The notes under the pieces are model-generated. The model was not told where the DNA came from, made no database searches, and saw nothing but the letters and a program-made list of their open reading frames with translations. A program made the position numbers and the translations under genes. From positions 8,030 to 72,029 of the forward strand of contig JAPPAR010000001.1 of assembly GCA_026705445.1 (NCBI GenBank): a stretch of 64,000 nucleotides of DNA. Reading direction: 5' to 3'. This DNA is from Candidatus Dadabacteria bacterium. Lineage in GTDB: Bacteria > Desulfobacterota_D > UBA1144 > Nemesobacterales > Nemesobacteraceae. Each line of letters begins with the position of its first letter. Position 1 is the stretch's first letter. Shown here piece by piece: positions 7,637 to 18,583 of the stretch.

Positions 7637-10600
7637 ATGCACATCGCCGATTTTTCAGTAAGAAACTCCTTTTTCGTGAACCTGCTGATGGGAGCCATAT
7701 TACTTATAGGGCTTCTGTTTTCATTTTCCCTTCCCCTTGAACTGTTCCCGTCGGTAAAACTCGAAATGGTTACGGTAACCACGTCTTTTCCGGGTTCTTC
7801 CGCCGAAGACGTTGAGAATCTTGTAAGCGTTCCCATTGAGCAGCAGATAAAGAACGTCTCCGGTGTCAAGATCGTAAAATCCGTTTCTTCCGAAGGGTTC
7901 TCGCGGGTTACGGCTGAGGTTTACCCGGGTGAAGACACCAGAAGGATCGCCTGGGAGATTGATTCCAAGATCAACCTGATAGCAGACGATCTTCCCGAGG
8001 ACACAGAAGAACCCGTAACAGAAGAGCAAAAGGCGAGTTTTCCGCTGGTGAGCGTTTCGGTCTCAGGGGACATGCCAAGAGATATTCTCTATAGCAGCGC
8101 CAGAAGACTGCGGGATGAGCTTGGGCTTTTAGACGGTATTGACAACATGACTTCCGTCGGACTGCCTGACCCGGCAATATGGGTGTATCTGGATTATCCG
8201 AAGATGGTGCAGTTTGGACTGGGGATTAAGGAGATTTCAGATGCCATCAACGCGAGGAATCTGGATATCCCCGGGGCGAATTTTACTGGGAACAGTACTG
8301 ATTTTCTGCTTAGAACCGAGGGAAAGATAAGATCTGTGGAAGATCTTCTCAATATTCCGGTTGCCCGCAGCGTTGAGGGTAAACATATTCTGCTCCGCGA
8401 TGTGGCGACGGTCGCTCTCGGAGAACAGCGAGAGGACCTGAGATCGAGGATAAATGGCCGTCCTGCGATTACTTTCTGGGTGGAGAAGCAGAAAGACGTT
8501 GATATCCTCGATACCGTCGACCGCATAAGGGAGCTTACCGAAAAGTATGAAAACCAGTTTCCCGAAGATGTGGAGATAAACCTGGCGTTTGACAGGTCAC
8601 ACTGGGTGAAAAGTCGTCTTCGGACCATGCTTAAAAGCGGGGGTCTGGGGTTTGTTCTGGTAGTAATCCTTCTCACTCTTTTTCTCGATCGCAAGGCGGC
8701 CTTTATAGCCGCTCTGGGGATTCCCGTTTCTTTTCTGGGGGCCGCGATATTAATGAAGATGACCGGCACAACGCTCAATGTCCTTTCCATGTTCGGTCTT
8801 ATAATGATGCTGGGTATGGTGGTGGATGACGCCATAATCGTTGTTGAGAATGTCCAGAGATATGTATCAAGGGGAATGGAGCCGCTGAGGGCGGCGGTGG
8901 TGGGGACAAAAGAGGTTGCCTGGCCAGTGGTCGCGACTGTGCTTACCAATATTGCAGCGTTTACCCCCCTTCTTCTTGCCACGGGGTTAATCGGACAGTT
9001 CCTTTCCGTAATTCCCAAAGTTGCTATCTTCGCTCTTTGTTTCTCCCTTTTCGAAGCCTTGCTGATCATGCCATCCCACTGTGCCGACTGGCTTCCGGCA
9101 AACGGCACAACGAGATCTCCTCGCGGAAACGCGCCGCTTCTGCGCGTAAGAGGTCTGTATCTGCGGGGACTTCTGTTTGCGCTTAGAAACCGCTATGCGG
9201 TAATAGGATGTTTCACGGTTATCTTCGCCGTTTCGGTCTTTATGTTTGTCCGGATTCCCAACGTGATGTTCTACCTTCATGATACTGAGGAAATAATGGT
9301 AAGAGTTGAGAATCCTCCCTCGTCCAGTCTGGAGCATACAGCCGCTTCCGTAGCCCAGGTGGAGGAAGCCGTGCGCCACAGCGTTCCCACTCATGTTCTG
9401 AGAAACACTTTATCCATGGTTGGACTCGATATGTCGGACCCTGACAATATGTTTTCTACGGGGGACCACGTGGCCACGGTTCTGGTTGAATACGAGGATT
9501 ACTCCGCCAGAAAAGAAAACGCGCTCGAACTCTCTGAGATTGCGGAGAGCAGGGTAGGGGAAACGGTGACGGGAGCCAAACAGGTTGATTTCGTAACGAC
9601 GACGGGTCCCCCTACCGGGAAACCGGTGGACGTTAAAATAAGCGGGGATGACATACCGGTGCTGATGGAAATAGCTTCCCGGGTCCGGGAGTATCTGAGC
9701 AATCAGCCGGGGGTGAGTGCCGCGACCAGCAATCTTATTTACGGAAAGCCCGAGGCGAGAGTTGAGATAGACGAGAGAAAAGCCGGGGTGTTCGGTATTG
9801 ACAAGTGGAACGTGTCGCGGGAAATCAAGGCTCTCGGAGACGGCCTCACAGTTGCGAAGACCAGAGTGGGTGAGGAAGAGGTTGAGATAAATCTGCGATA
9901 CGGAAGAGGAGAGTCCAGTGTTTTCTCGGTGAAATCGCACCAGGTCCCGACTCCTCTCGGAAGGCGGGTTCCTATCGGCACCGTGGCGGAGATAACGGAG
10001 TCCAAAACGCCGCTTGAGATAAGAAGGGAGAAGCTTCGAAGAACGGTTACCGTAACAGCCGAAGTGGACAACCAGACGACTACTTCAAGGGAGGTAACCG
10101 CAAATCTTTCGCGTCACCTCGACGGTCTTCTGGAGAACTACCCGGGCTACTCGTTTCGGTTCGCAGGGGAGGAGGAGCAGTATACTCAGGCTATAAGCGA
10201 CATAAAAAAGGCGTCGCTTTTGGCTTTACTTCTCATTTATCTCATTCTCGCAAGCATACTGCGTTCCACCTTTCAGCCCCTTATAATAATGAGTGTGCTG
10301 CCTTTTTGCATTACGGGAGTGATAATAGCGATTCTGCTGCGCGGCGAACCCATGACGCTCCCCGCCATAATAGGAATGGTTGCACTTCTGGGAATAGTGG
10401 TGAACGACAGCTTGCTGCTGATGAATTTTATCAACCGAAGGGCGAAAAAGATGCCGAGCAAGGCGGTGGCGATAGTATTTTCCGCTAGGTATCGTTTCCG
10501 CCCTATAGTTCTCACCACGCTTACGACCTTCTCGGGACTTTTCTCCCTGATGTTCGCTTACAAGGGCCAGGCGGGCATTCTCGCTCCGATGGCGGCTTCC

Positions 10601-10753
10601 CTGGGATTCGGACTTGTTTTTTCGACTTTCGTCATACTTTACCTTGTGCCCTGTCTTTATCTGGTTCTTGACGATATTGGCAAGCGGTTGCGGTATTTCA
10701 CCCGTCTGAGGACATTGGGGACGGGTGGAAGAGATTTCCTGCAAATTAGTTAA
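7637..10753 (+). CDS. Efflux RND transporter permease (AcrB/CzcA-like)
   Basis: 1038 aa; GMVVDDAIIVVEN, GIVVNDS, RFRPIVLTTLTT, 12-TM RND layout. Confidence 0.93.
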   Translation: MHIADFSVRNSFFVNLLMGAILLIGLLFSFSLPLELFPSVKLEMVTVTTSFPGSSAEDVENLVSVPIEQQIKNVSGVKIVKSVSSEGFSRVTAEVYPGEDTRRIAWEIDSKINLIADDLPEDTEEPVTEEQKASFPLVSVSVSGDMPRDILYSSARRLRDELGLLDGIDNMTSVGLPDPAIWVYLDYPKMVQFGLGIKEISDAINARNLDIPGANFTGNSTDFLLRTEGKIRSVEDLLNIPVARSVEGKHILLRDVATVALGEQREDLRSRINGRPAITFWVEKQKDVDILDTVDRIRELTEKYENQFPEDVEINLAFDRSHWVKSRLRTMLKSGGLGFVLVVILLTLFLDRKAAFIAALGIPVSFLGAAILMKMTGTTLNVLSMFGLIMMLGMVVDDAIIVVENVQRYVSRGMEPLRAAVVGTKEVAWPVVATVLTNIAAFTPLLLATGLIGQFLSVIPKVAIFALCFSLFEALLIMPSHCADWLPANGTTRSPRGNAPLLRVRGLYLRGLLFALRNRYAVIGCFTVIFAVSVFMFVRIPNVMFYLHDTEEIMVRVENPPSSSLEHTAASVAQVEEAVRHSVPTHVLRNTLSMVGLDMSDPDNMFSTGDHVATVLVEYEDYSARKENALELSEIAESRVGETVTGAKQVDFVTTTGPPTGKPVDVKISGDDIPVLMEIASRVREYLSNQPGVSAATSNLIYGKPEARVEIDERKAGVFGIDKWNVSREIKALGDGLTVAKTRVGEEEVEINLRYGRGESSVFSVKSHQVPTPLGRRVPIGTVAEITESKTPLEIRREKLRRTVTVTAEVDNQTTTSREVTANLSRHLDGLLENYPGYSFRFAGEEEQYTQAISDIKKASLLALLLIYLILASILRSTFQPLIIMSVLPFCITGVIIAILLRGEPMTLPAIIGMVALLGIVVNDSLLLMNFINRRAKKMPSKAVAIVFSARYRFRPIVLTTLTTFSGLFSLMFAYKGQAGILAPMAASLGFGLVFSTFVILYLVPCLYLVLDDIGKRLRYFTRLRTLGTGGRDFLQIS

Positions 10754-10986
10754 TGACTAGGTACCCTGTACAATTACAAAAGTGCTTTTTGAGGGCTCAG
10801 CGACTGAAGATCGGGCGGAAAATATCGATTAAGAACCGTTATGCTCGGTGTTCTTGTATCCGTTAGGGTGATTCGGCCACGCGGCGAAATGCGGTATTTC
10901 TTTTCAAATTGATTTCTCTATTTGACTAACAGCAGGCAAGTGTATAGTTTTTGCGAAGTTCAAAGTCAAGTTTCGGAGGTTTTGTG

Positions 10987-11994
10987 ATGTCCATCAGGGT
11001 TGGAATAAACGGGTTTGGAAGAATAGGAAGGCATGTGCTCAGAATCGGTCTAGGCAGAGAAGACCTTGAGTTCGTGGGCATAAACGATATTACGGACACC
11101 GAAACCCTGGCCCATCTTTTCAAGTACGATTCGGTGTTCGGCCGCTACCCGGGAGAGGTCGAGTGCAACGGCGAGGGAATAACCGTAGATGGAAAGTTCA
11201 TAAAGGTGTTTTCGGAGAGAAACCCTGCGAATATTCCCTGGGCCGAAACGGGAGCACAGGTCATAGCGGAGGCAAGCGGCATTTTCAGAACCCGTGAGGC
11301 CGCTGCGGCGCACATGGGCGAGACCGTGAAAAAGGTGATAATTACCGCCCCGGCAAGCGGCAAGGTGGATTTCACCACGGTAATGGGCATAAACGATGAC
11401 GACTACGAGCCCGAAGGTCACGATGTGATTTCAAATGCATCCTGCACGACCAACTGCTTCGGCCTGCTGGTCAAGGTTCTCCACGAAAATTTCTCGATCA
11501 GGCGTGGGGAGATGACCACGATACATTCCTATACGAACGATCAGAGGATACTCGACACTCCGCATAAGGATAAAAGAAGGGCAAGAGCGGCTGCGCTCTC
11601 CATTATTCCTACCAGCACGGGGGCCGCAAACGCCATACAGCTTGTCTTTCCGGAGCTTAAGGGGAAACTCTCTGCGGTAGCCGTAAGGGTGCCCACGCCC
11701 AATGTGTCGCTTGTGGATTTTACCTGCGAAGTGGAAAAAGGAACTTCCGCAGAAGAGGTGAACGCAAAGTTCAAGGAATCAGCCGAAGGAACGCTTAGCG
11801 GCTACCTTGCTTACGTCGAGGACGAAATCGTTTCTTCCGATCTTGTGGGAGATACCCATTCCTGCTCTTTTGACTCAATGCTGACTTCAGTGGTGGAGGA
11901 CAATCTGGTCAAGGTTGTCGCCTGGTACGACAACGAGTACGGATACACTTCCAGAGTAGTTGATCTTATAGAACTCGTGGGGGAAACCCTTTGA
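10987..11994 (+). CDS. gap: Type I glyceraldehyde-3-phosphate dehydrogenase
   Basis: GINGFGRIGR, ASCTTNC, WYDNEYGY. Confidence 0.97.
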   Translation: MSIRVGINGFGRIGRHVLRIGLGREDLEFVGINDITDTETLAHLFKYDSVFGRYPGEVECNGEGITVDGKFIKVFSERNPANIPWAETGAQVIAEASGIFRTREAAAAHMGETVKKVIITAPASGKVDFTTVMGINDDDYEPEGHDVISNASCTTNCFGLLVKVLHENFSIRRGEMTTIHSYTNDQRILDTPHKDKRRARAAALSIIPTSTGAANAIQLVFPELKGKLSAVAVRVPTPNVSLVDFTCEVEKGTSAEEVNAKFKESAEGTLSGYLAYVEDEIVSSDLVGDTHSCSFDSMLTSVVEDNLVKVVAWYDNEYGYTSRVVDLIELVGETL

Positions 11995-13190
11995 AGAAAA
12001 AGCTTCTTGTGACCGACCTTCCCTGCTCTGAGTACGAGGGGAAAAGAGTTTTTGTAAGGGTTGATTTCAACGTTCCCGTAAACGGCGGAAAGATAACTGA
12101 AGATTACAGGATAAGACGCACTATCCCCACGATCGATTACCTTACAAGATGCGGGGCCAGGGTAATACTTGCTTCCCACATGGGAAGACCGAAAGGACGC
12201 AGGATAGAAAATCTTTCAATGGCTCCGGTGGCGGAAAGGCTTAACGAGTTTCTGGGTATCAAGGTCCGTTTTCCGGGCGCGGTTGTCGGCAGGAAGGTTG
12301 AGAACGCCTCAAAGAAACTCAAAAACGGCGAGGTGATGCTCCTTGAGAATCTCAGGTATCACAATGAAGAAGCGGAAAACGATGAGGATTTCTCGCGGAA
12401 ACTTGCCTCTTTGGCTGATATTTACGTGAACGAAGCTTTCGGCACCTCGCACAGGGCCCACGCCTCCACCTACGGAATGACCGCTCATTTTGAGAAAAAG
12501 CTCGCGGGTCTTATGGTGGGAAACGAAATAAAGTTTCTGAGCCGTCTGATAAAGAGACCAAAAAACCCCTACTTAGTCATTGTCGGGGGCATGAAGATAA
12601 AGGACAAGATAGGGGCACTCAAGAACATAATAAAGAAAGCGGACAGGGTTCTTGTGGGCGGCGGGGTGGCTTATACCTTTCTTGCGGCGCGCGGGGTTAG
12701 CGTCGGGAAATGTTCCGTGGAGAAAGAGATGATTTGCTGGGCCCGGGAAGCCCTTGAAACCTACAAGGAAAAAATCATTCTGCCCGTTGATCACGTGATG
12801 GCCGAGGCCGACGGCGGCAGAAAGATGCGTGTGGTGGTTACAGGCGCGGAGATTCCCGACGACATGACGGCTTTTGACATAGGGCCGAAGACGGTGGAGA
12901 AATTCACCTCATATATAAAGGGGAAAGGCACGGTTTTCTGGAACGGTCCCATGGGATTTTTCGAGTTGGATGATTTTTCAAACGGCACGAGCGCCATCGC
13001 TAGGTCGTTTGCGCTTGCCACATGGAGGGGGGCCACCACGGTTCTCGGAGGAGGGGACAGCGTGGCGTCACTTAAGAAGTCCGGGGTCAAGTTCTCCGAA
13101 GCGACCCACGTGTCGACCGGGGGCGGGGCCTGTTTTGAATTCCTAGGCGGGGTAGACCTTCCGGGAATATCGATTCTCAGTGACAGCTAG
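11991..13190 (+). CDS. pgk: Phosphoglycerate kinase
   Basis: RVDFNVP, SHMGRP, LLENLR, FWNGPMG, GGGDS, STGGGA. Confidence 0.96.
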   Translation: MKKKLLVTDLPCSEYEGKRVFVRVDFNVPVNGGKITEDYRIRRTIPTIDYLTRCGARVILASHMGRPKGRRIENLSMAPVAERLNEFLGIKVRFPGAVVGRKVENASKKLKNGEVMLLENLRYHNEEAENDEDFSRKLASLADIYVNEAFGTSHRAHASTYGMTAHFEKKLAGLMVGNEIKFLSRLIKRPKNPYLVIVGGMKIKDKIGALKNIIKKADRVLVGGGVAYTFLAARGVSVGKCSVEKEMICWAREALETYKEKIILPVDHVMAEADGGRKMRVVVTGAEIPDDMTAFDIGPKTVEKFTSYIKGKGTVFWNGPMGFFELDDFSNGTSAIARSFALATWRGATTVLGGGDSVASLKKSGVKFSEATHVSTGGGACFEFLGGVDLPGISILSDS

Positions 13191-13246
13191 GGCTCGATCA
13201 GGTATTTATTTCAGTAGGATCTTAAGATTTTTTCAAGGGAGAACCC

Positions 13247-14320
13247 ATGGCCATAAAGGAACTCAAGAAAATCAATGATATAGAGGCGGCGCTGGGAGCG
13301 GACTCGGAATACCTGCTCGGTCACAAGTGCACTACGATAAGCAAAAAAGACCTTTATCTCCCCGGTCCGGGCTACGTGGATGAGGTGTTTGTGCAGAACG
13401 ACCGGTCGCCCGCCGTGATAAGGAACCTGCAGAACATTCTTGACCACGGTCGCCTAGGGGGAACGGGATACGTATCAATCCTGCCGGTGGACCAGGGAGT
13501 TGAGCACTCCGCGGGAGCATCTTTTGCGGTGAATCCCATCTATTTCGATCCGGAGAACATAGTGAAGCTTGCCATGGAGGGGGGATGTAACGGCGTTGCC
13601 TCGACCGTGGGAGCACTGGCTTCGGTCTCAAGAAAATACGCGCACAAGATTCCTTTTATAGCCAAGATCAACCACAATGAGCTTCTGAGCTATCCTAATA
13701 CTTTTGACCAGATTCTTTTCGGAAACGTGGATCAGGCCTTTCAGATGGGGGCAGTGGCAGTTGGTGCGACTGTATATTTCGGTTCCGAGGAAAGTTCCCG
13801 TCAGATCCAGGAAATATCGGAAGTTTTCAGCCACGCCCATTCCCTGGGACTTGCGACCATACTCTGGGCCTACCTGAGAAACCCGGCTTTCAAGCAGGAC
13901 GAGGCCGATTACCATGTTTCAGCTGATCTTACGGGGCAGGCGAATCACCTCTCGGTGACCATAGGGGCAGATATAGTCAAGCAGAAGCTCCCGGAGAACA
14001 ACGGAGGCTTTACGGCTCTTTCCTTCGGAAAAACCCACGATAGGGTTTATTCGGATCTTACCTCTGACCACCCCATAGACCTTACCCGCTACCAGGTCGC
14101 AAACTGCTACATGGGGAGGCTGGGCCTGATAAATTCGGGAGGCGCCTCAGGTTCGGACGATCTTGCGGACGCGGTGAGAACCGCCATTGTAAATAAAAGG
14201 GCCGGAGGTATGGGGCTGATAAGCGGAAGAAAGTCTTTCCAGAAACCCTTTAAGGAAGGGGTAGCGCTTCTAAGGAGTGTTCAGAATGTCTACCTGGAGC
14301 GGGAAATCACGATCGCCTGA
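13247..14320 (+). CDS. fbaB: Class I fructose-bisphosphate aldolase
   Basis: [30 protein letters not shown]. Confidence 0.94.
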   Translation: MAIKELKKINDIEAALGADSEYLLGHKCTTISKKDLYLPGPGYVDEVFVQNDRSPAVIRNLQNILDHGRLGGTGYVSILPVDQGVEHSAGASFAVNPIYFDPENIVKLAMEGGCNGVASTVGALASVSRKYAHKIPFIAKINHNELLSYPNTFDQILFGNVDQAFQMGAVAVGATVYFGSEESSRQIQEISEVFSHAHSLGLATILWAYLRNPAFKQDEADYHVSADLTGQANHLSVTIGADIVKQKLPENNGGFTALSFGKTHDRVYSDLTSDHPIDLTRYQVANCYMGRLGLINSGGASGSDDLADAVRTAIVNKRAGGMGLISGRKSFQKPFKEGVALLRSVQNVYLEREITIA

Positions 14321-14334
14321 GCAGCCTCGGGTTC

Positions 14335-15378
14335 CTACCTGAAGTGACCTATTACTTCTCCCGCAAGCGCATTGAAGGAGTATTCCAGGTCAGGGCTGAA
14401 ATCCCTGATTATGAAGTGGGTGACTCCGGCTTCTATATATTCTTCGAACCTTTTTATCGCGTCGCCGGCCGTTCCGTATATAACGAAGTCGGACAGTATA
14501 TCCCTCGTATAGTATTTTTCTCCCATCTGCCTGAATCTTGCTAGCATGTCCTGATCGTTGGGCATTATGCTCGTATAGGAAAGTCCCTTGTACTGCGGTT
14601 CTATTTTGAGGTCGTACCCGGCTTCCTCTATCACGTCGGGCCAGATTATAGCGTGCTTTATTCTGTCAAGGGTTTCGTAGGCGGTGTCCTTATCCTTGGC
14701 GATGGACACGAAAATATATATGCACTTCTCAAAGTTCTCTGCGGCGGCGTTCTCTCCCATGGCTTTTTCCACTTCGGCGAGTTTGCTCGAAAAAACCCAT
14801 GTGGGCATCGCGTTTGTTACCCATCCGTTTCCGAGTGCGCCTGCGACCCCGAGAGCCTTCGAACCGGTCGCGGCTATGTATACGGGAATGTCCTTTCCGT
14901 TAACGGGGCTTACCCTTACTTCGGCTTCGCTAAGAGAGAAGAATTCCCCCTCGAAGGTCACCGTCTCCCCGGCCCAAAGCCGCCTCATAAGCGGCACGGA
15001 TTCCCTGAGACGCGCAAGAGGCCTGTTCCAGCTTATGCCGTAGTAGTCAAGATTCATTTTTTCCCCGTACCCAAGGCAGCTGAACGCTCTTCCCCCGGAG
15101 AGGTTGTCTATGGTCGCAAGTCTGTGGGCGAACATCGCGGGATGGGACCTGTGAGGATCCCCTATGGCTCCAAGGCGGATTCTGTCGGTCTTTACCGCCG
15201 CGGCCGTGATTACCGACCATACTTCGGGAGTCAGTTTTTTCGCCATAAACAGTATGTGGTCTGGATACCACACGGCGTCGAAACCGGCCTCCTCGCAGCG
15301 GACGGCGAAGTCCACAAGTTCCGTAACCGGTTTTCCCGGAAGGGGGGCGGTAAGCCCGAAGCTTATTTTTTCACCCAT
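14335..15378 (-). CDS. LLM-class (luciferase-like) oxidoreductase, probably F420-dependent
   Basis: GFDAVWYPDH, ATIDNLSGGR, LWAGETVTFEGEFF; cofE lies in the same window. Confidence 0.8.
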   Translation of the reverse strand: MGEKISFGLTAPLPGKPVTELVDFAVRCEEAGFDAVWYPDHILFMAKKLTPEVWSVITAAAVKTDRIRLGAIGDPHRSHPAMFAHRLATIDNLSGGRAFSCLGYGEKMNLDYYGISWNRPLARLRESVPLMRRLWAGETVTFEGEFFSLSEAEVRVSPVNGKDIPVYIAATGSKALGVAGALGNGWVTNAMPTWVFSSKLAEVEKAMGENAAAENFEKCIYIFVSIAKDKDTAYETLDRIKHAIIWPDVIEEAGYDLKIEPQYKGLSYTSIMPNDQDMLARFRQMGEKYYTRDILSDFVIYGTAGDAIKRFEEYIEAGVTHFIIRDFSPDLEYSFNALAGEVIGHFR

Positions 15379-15380
15379 TC

Positions 15381-16400
15381 TTACTCCTCCTCAGATTCTT
15401 TGGTGTCCTTCAAGAAGTTGAGGAACTTACTTACCATGTTGTAGGAACCTATATATATGGGGGTTCTCTGGTGAAGTTCCGTCGGCTGAATGTCAAGAGT
15501 CCTTTCCGTTCCGCTTGACGACGCTCCTCCAGCCTGTTCCACGATGAAGGCCATCGGGTTGCACTCGTAGAGAAGCCTGAGTTTTCCGTTGGGAGAATCC
15601 GAGGTTTTCGGATAAAGAAATATTCCTCCCTTGAGCAGGTTCCTGTGTATATCTGCTACCATGGACCCGACGTACCGAAGCGATAGCCTGGAATTGCCGT
15701 CTCCGTCTCTGCAGTGATCGAGATACTTCTTTACCCTGTCGGGGAATTTCGAATAGTTATAGTAGTTGACTGAGAAGATGTTGCCGTGGCTCGGGATCTT
15801 TATGTTCGGATGGGAGAGGCAGAACTCTCCTATCGAGGGGTCAAGGGTAAACCCGTTTACTCCGTGGCCGGTAGTGTACACCAGCATGGTCGAAGAACCG
15901 TATATTATGTATCCGGCAGCCGTCTGGGTCTTGCCCGGCTGCAGAAAATCTTCCTTGAGACACGGGGAAAACATCTTTGACGTTCTTCTATATACGGAGA
16001 ATATGGTTCCAACCGATACGTTCACGTCTATGTTGGAGGATCCGTCGAGAGGGTCGATGGCTATTACGTATTTTGAGTTTCTCGAGTTCTCGTCGGAAAA
16101 TGCTATGAAATCCTCGTTCTCCTCAGACGCTACCCCCGCGCATTCTCCGCCATGTTCAAGTGCGGTCAGAAACTTTTCGTTCGCGTAGGAATCAAGCTTT
16201 CTTACCTCTTCTCCCTGAATGTTTACCTGGCCCGTTTTGCCCAGAATATCCGCGACCAGACCGGCTTTGTTTACTTCCCTGTGGACTATTTTCGCTGCGA
16301 ATCCTATATCCCGAAGCAGCCTGGAGAGCTCCCCGGTGGAATAGGGAAATTCATACTGATTTCTTATGATGAATTCGTCAAGAGTAGTTATCGAAACCAT
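15381..16400 (-). CDS. fbp: Class 1 fructose-1,6-bisphosphatase
   Basis: [32 protein letters not shown]. Confidence 0.96.
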   Translation of the reverse strand: MVSITTLDEFIIRNQYEFPYSTGELSRLLRDIGFAAKIVHREVNKAGLVADILGKTGQVNIQGEEVRKLDSYANEKFLTALEHGGECAGVASEENEDFIAFSDENSRNSKYVIAIDPLDGSSNIDVNVSVGTIFSVYRRTSKMFSPCLKEDFLQPGKTQTAAGYIIYGSSTMLVYTTGHGVNGFTLDPSIGEFCLSHPNIKIPSHGNIFSVNYYNYSKFPDRVKKYLDHCRDGDGNSRLSLRYVGSMVADIHRNLLKGGIFLYPKTSDSPNGKLRLLYECNPMAFIVEQAGGASSSGTERTLDIQPTELHQRTPIYIGSYNMVSKFLNFLKDTKESEEE

Positions 16401-16623
16401 GTCGCGAGTTGTTCTAGAGAAAGGCCATGGAGAAAAGGCTCTTCAAATAAGAGTTTAACTGAATCAGCACGGTTAATTAAGAGCGGGATAACAACTTGGG
16501 CAGTTTATTACGAATTGGAATTAATAATTCTCGCTTTACAACTATTTTGGTAGCATATAACATTTGCTCCGTGAGGATTCAAAAGCCTTTCGAGGTTCCT
16601 AGTCTGAGAAAAGGCAGAATGTC

Positions 16624-17973
16624 ATGAGGAGTATTACGCTTAAAAATTTCCGATGTTTCCGCGCAGAGCAGACAGCTAAGTTGGCTCCACTGACTCTGCT
16701 AGTAGGTGAGAATAGTACCGGTAAGACATCTTTTATGGCAATGATTCGGGCTCTTTGGGATGTTGCCTATCGGTATCAGATACCGGATTTCAAGGAACCT
16801 CCATATGATCTTGGCAGTTTTGACGAGATTGCGTATAACAGAGGTGCTAGGGGCGGTCAGGTAGATACGTTTGAGGCGGGGTTTGATCCTAACAATCTTA
16901 TTGTGTTTAAAAATGATGCGACTGATAAGGTTCGTCCCTATCATTTAAATATTACTTTTGCAAAAGATGGAACAGTTCCAGTTCCAGTGCGGAGACGGAT
17001 GACTTGTGAGGATTTGTGGATCGAAGAATTCTTGGAACCGAAAAACCGCGATTTCCGATTTCGCGTCGGTACCGAAAAGGGGTCGTGGGAGTTTAAGGCC
17101 AGTTTGGACTTGGGTAGTCCTTCGGATTTTGCCCATTACGCAATAGCCCCTTTCTTTTATACACTTCCAGAGGAAGTAGAAGGGCTTAGTCCACTGGAAG
17201 GTTCCGAAAAGATTACTAAGAAAGATCTGGAAAGACTCCGTGAATTTTGGGGTTTTTGCTTCACGGGCTTGTTCAGAAAGGCTGATCGTCCATACGCAAG
17301 TGCACCGGTTCGTTCCGAACCAAAGCGCACTTACGATCCGGCTCGTCTCTCGTCAGACCCCGAGGGCGATTATGTTCCAATGTATTTGGCCAACGCATAT
17401 GCCCGCCAGAGGAGGGTGTGGAACTATCTTAAAAACGAGCTTGAGAGATTTGGACAAGCTTCGGGACTTTTTGACGAAATCACTGTTAAGCATCTTGGAA
17501 AAACTTTAGGTTCACCTTTTCAGTTACAGGTGAGAAAATTTGCGGGCAGGAGGAAAGGGCCGTGGAAAAACTTGGTTGATGTGGGTTATGGTATAAGTCA
17601 GGTTTTACCTGTGGTGACAGAATTGTTTCGCCAAGATGCAGCGCCGTTGGTACTGTTACAGCAGCCGGAAGTGCACCTTCACCCCAGTGCTCAGGCTGCT
17701 CTGGGAACCTTATTCTGCCAAATTGCCGTACGAAGTTCTCAGCTAGTTGTTGAGACGCACAGTGACTACATAGTTGACCGCGTACGCATGGAGGTTCGCG
17801 ACAACAATATTCCGTTGAAGCCGGAGGATGTTTCAATTCTGTTTTTTGAGCGTAAGGAGTTAGATGTTCATATTCACTCTCTTCGGCTAGATGAAGAGGG
17901 AAATATCTTAGACGTTCCACCGAACTACAGAAATTTTTTCATGGAAGAGAGCCGGAGACTTTGGGGTCTATAA
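16624..17973 (+). CDS. ABC-type (AAA_21/DUF3696-like) ATPase
   Basis: Walker A GENSTGKT, signature-like VGYGISQ, Walker B/D-loop LLQQPEVHLHP, H-loop ETHS. Confidence 0.85.
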   Translation: MRSITLKNFRCFRAEQTAKLAPLTLLVGENSTGKTSFMAMIRALWDVAYRYQIPDFKEPPYDLGSFDEIAYNRGARGGQVDTFEAGFDPNNLIVFKNDATDKVRPYHLNITFAKDGTVPVPVRRRMTCEDLWIEEFLEPKNRDFRFRVGTEKGSWEFKASLDLGSPSDFAHYAIAPFFYTLPEEVEGLSPLEGSEKITKKDLERLREFWGFCFTGLFRKADRPYASAPVRSEPKRTYDPARLSSDPEGDYVPMYLANAYARQRRVWNYLKNELERFGQASGLFDEITVKHLGKTLGSPFQLQVRKFAGRRKGPWKNLVDVGYGISQVLPVVTELFRQDAAPLVLLQQPEVHLHPSAQAALGTLFCQIAVRSSQLVVETHSDYIVDRVRMEVRDNNIPLKPEDVSILFFERKELDVHIHSLRLDEEGNILDVPPNYRNFFMEESRRLWGL

Positions 17974-17976
17974 GAA

Positions 17977-18459
17977 ATGGGTGCGATTTTGGATGCAAAC
18001 GTTGCCCATGAGGTGTTCGGTGGTTGCAATCGTCCCGAGGCAGGCAGACGATTCTTTAATCAGATCAACAGGGGGGAAGGTATTCTGGTGGCTGGAGGCA
18101 AGTTGCTTAAGGAACTCTTAAGTACATCAGTCAGGAGAAATATAGATGAAGCATTTCGTTCGGGGAAAATTAAGAAGATAAATGATCGGAAAATTGATGC
18201 ATTGACGAAGAAGCTTCAAGATCAAGGAGGATTCAAATCGAATGACCCCCATGTTCTTGTTTTGGCTCAAGTCAGCGGAGCCCGACTTCTCTATTCAAAC
18301 GATAGTGATCTGCAGAAAGATTTCGGGAATAAGGAGTTGGTTGATCGACCTCGGGGTAAAGTATATTCCACAAAGCACGGTGGCGGGAAATTCCAAAGAA
18401 GTCATAAGATACTTCTCCTAGAACTTAAGAACGGGGATCTGTGCGGATCTCCTCAGTAA
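17977..18459 (+). CDS. Putative PIN-domain protein
   Basis: N-terminal ILDANV, then SNDPHVLVLA and LYSNDSDL, the PIN acidic-residue pattern; 3 nt after the ATPase stop. Confidence 0.6.
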   Translation: MGAILDANVAHEVFGGCNRPEAGRRFFNQINRGEGILVAGGKLLKELLSTSVRRNIDEAFRSGKIKKINDRKIDALTKKLQDQGGFKSNDPHVLVLAQVSGARLLYSNDSDLQKDFGNKELVDRPRGKVYSTKHGGGKFQRSHKILLLELKNGDLCGSPQ

Positions 18460-18583
18460 TTGTACCTTTCGTGCTGTCTGGCTACTTGATCGGATAGTCT
18501 GAATTTCTTAAGAATATATTCAGAGTTGCCGTGAAGGTTTCTCAATCTCTAATTGGTGGAATAAAGTCGCTATTCATCCTCGC

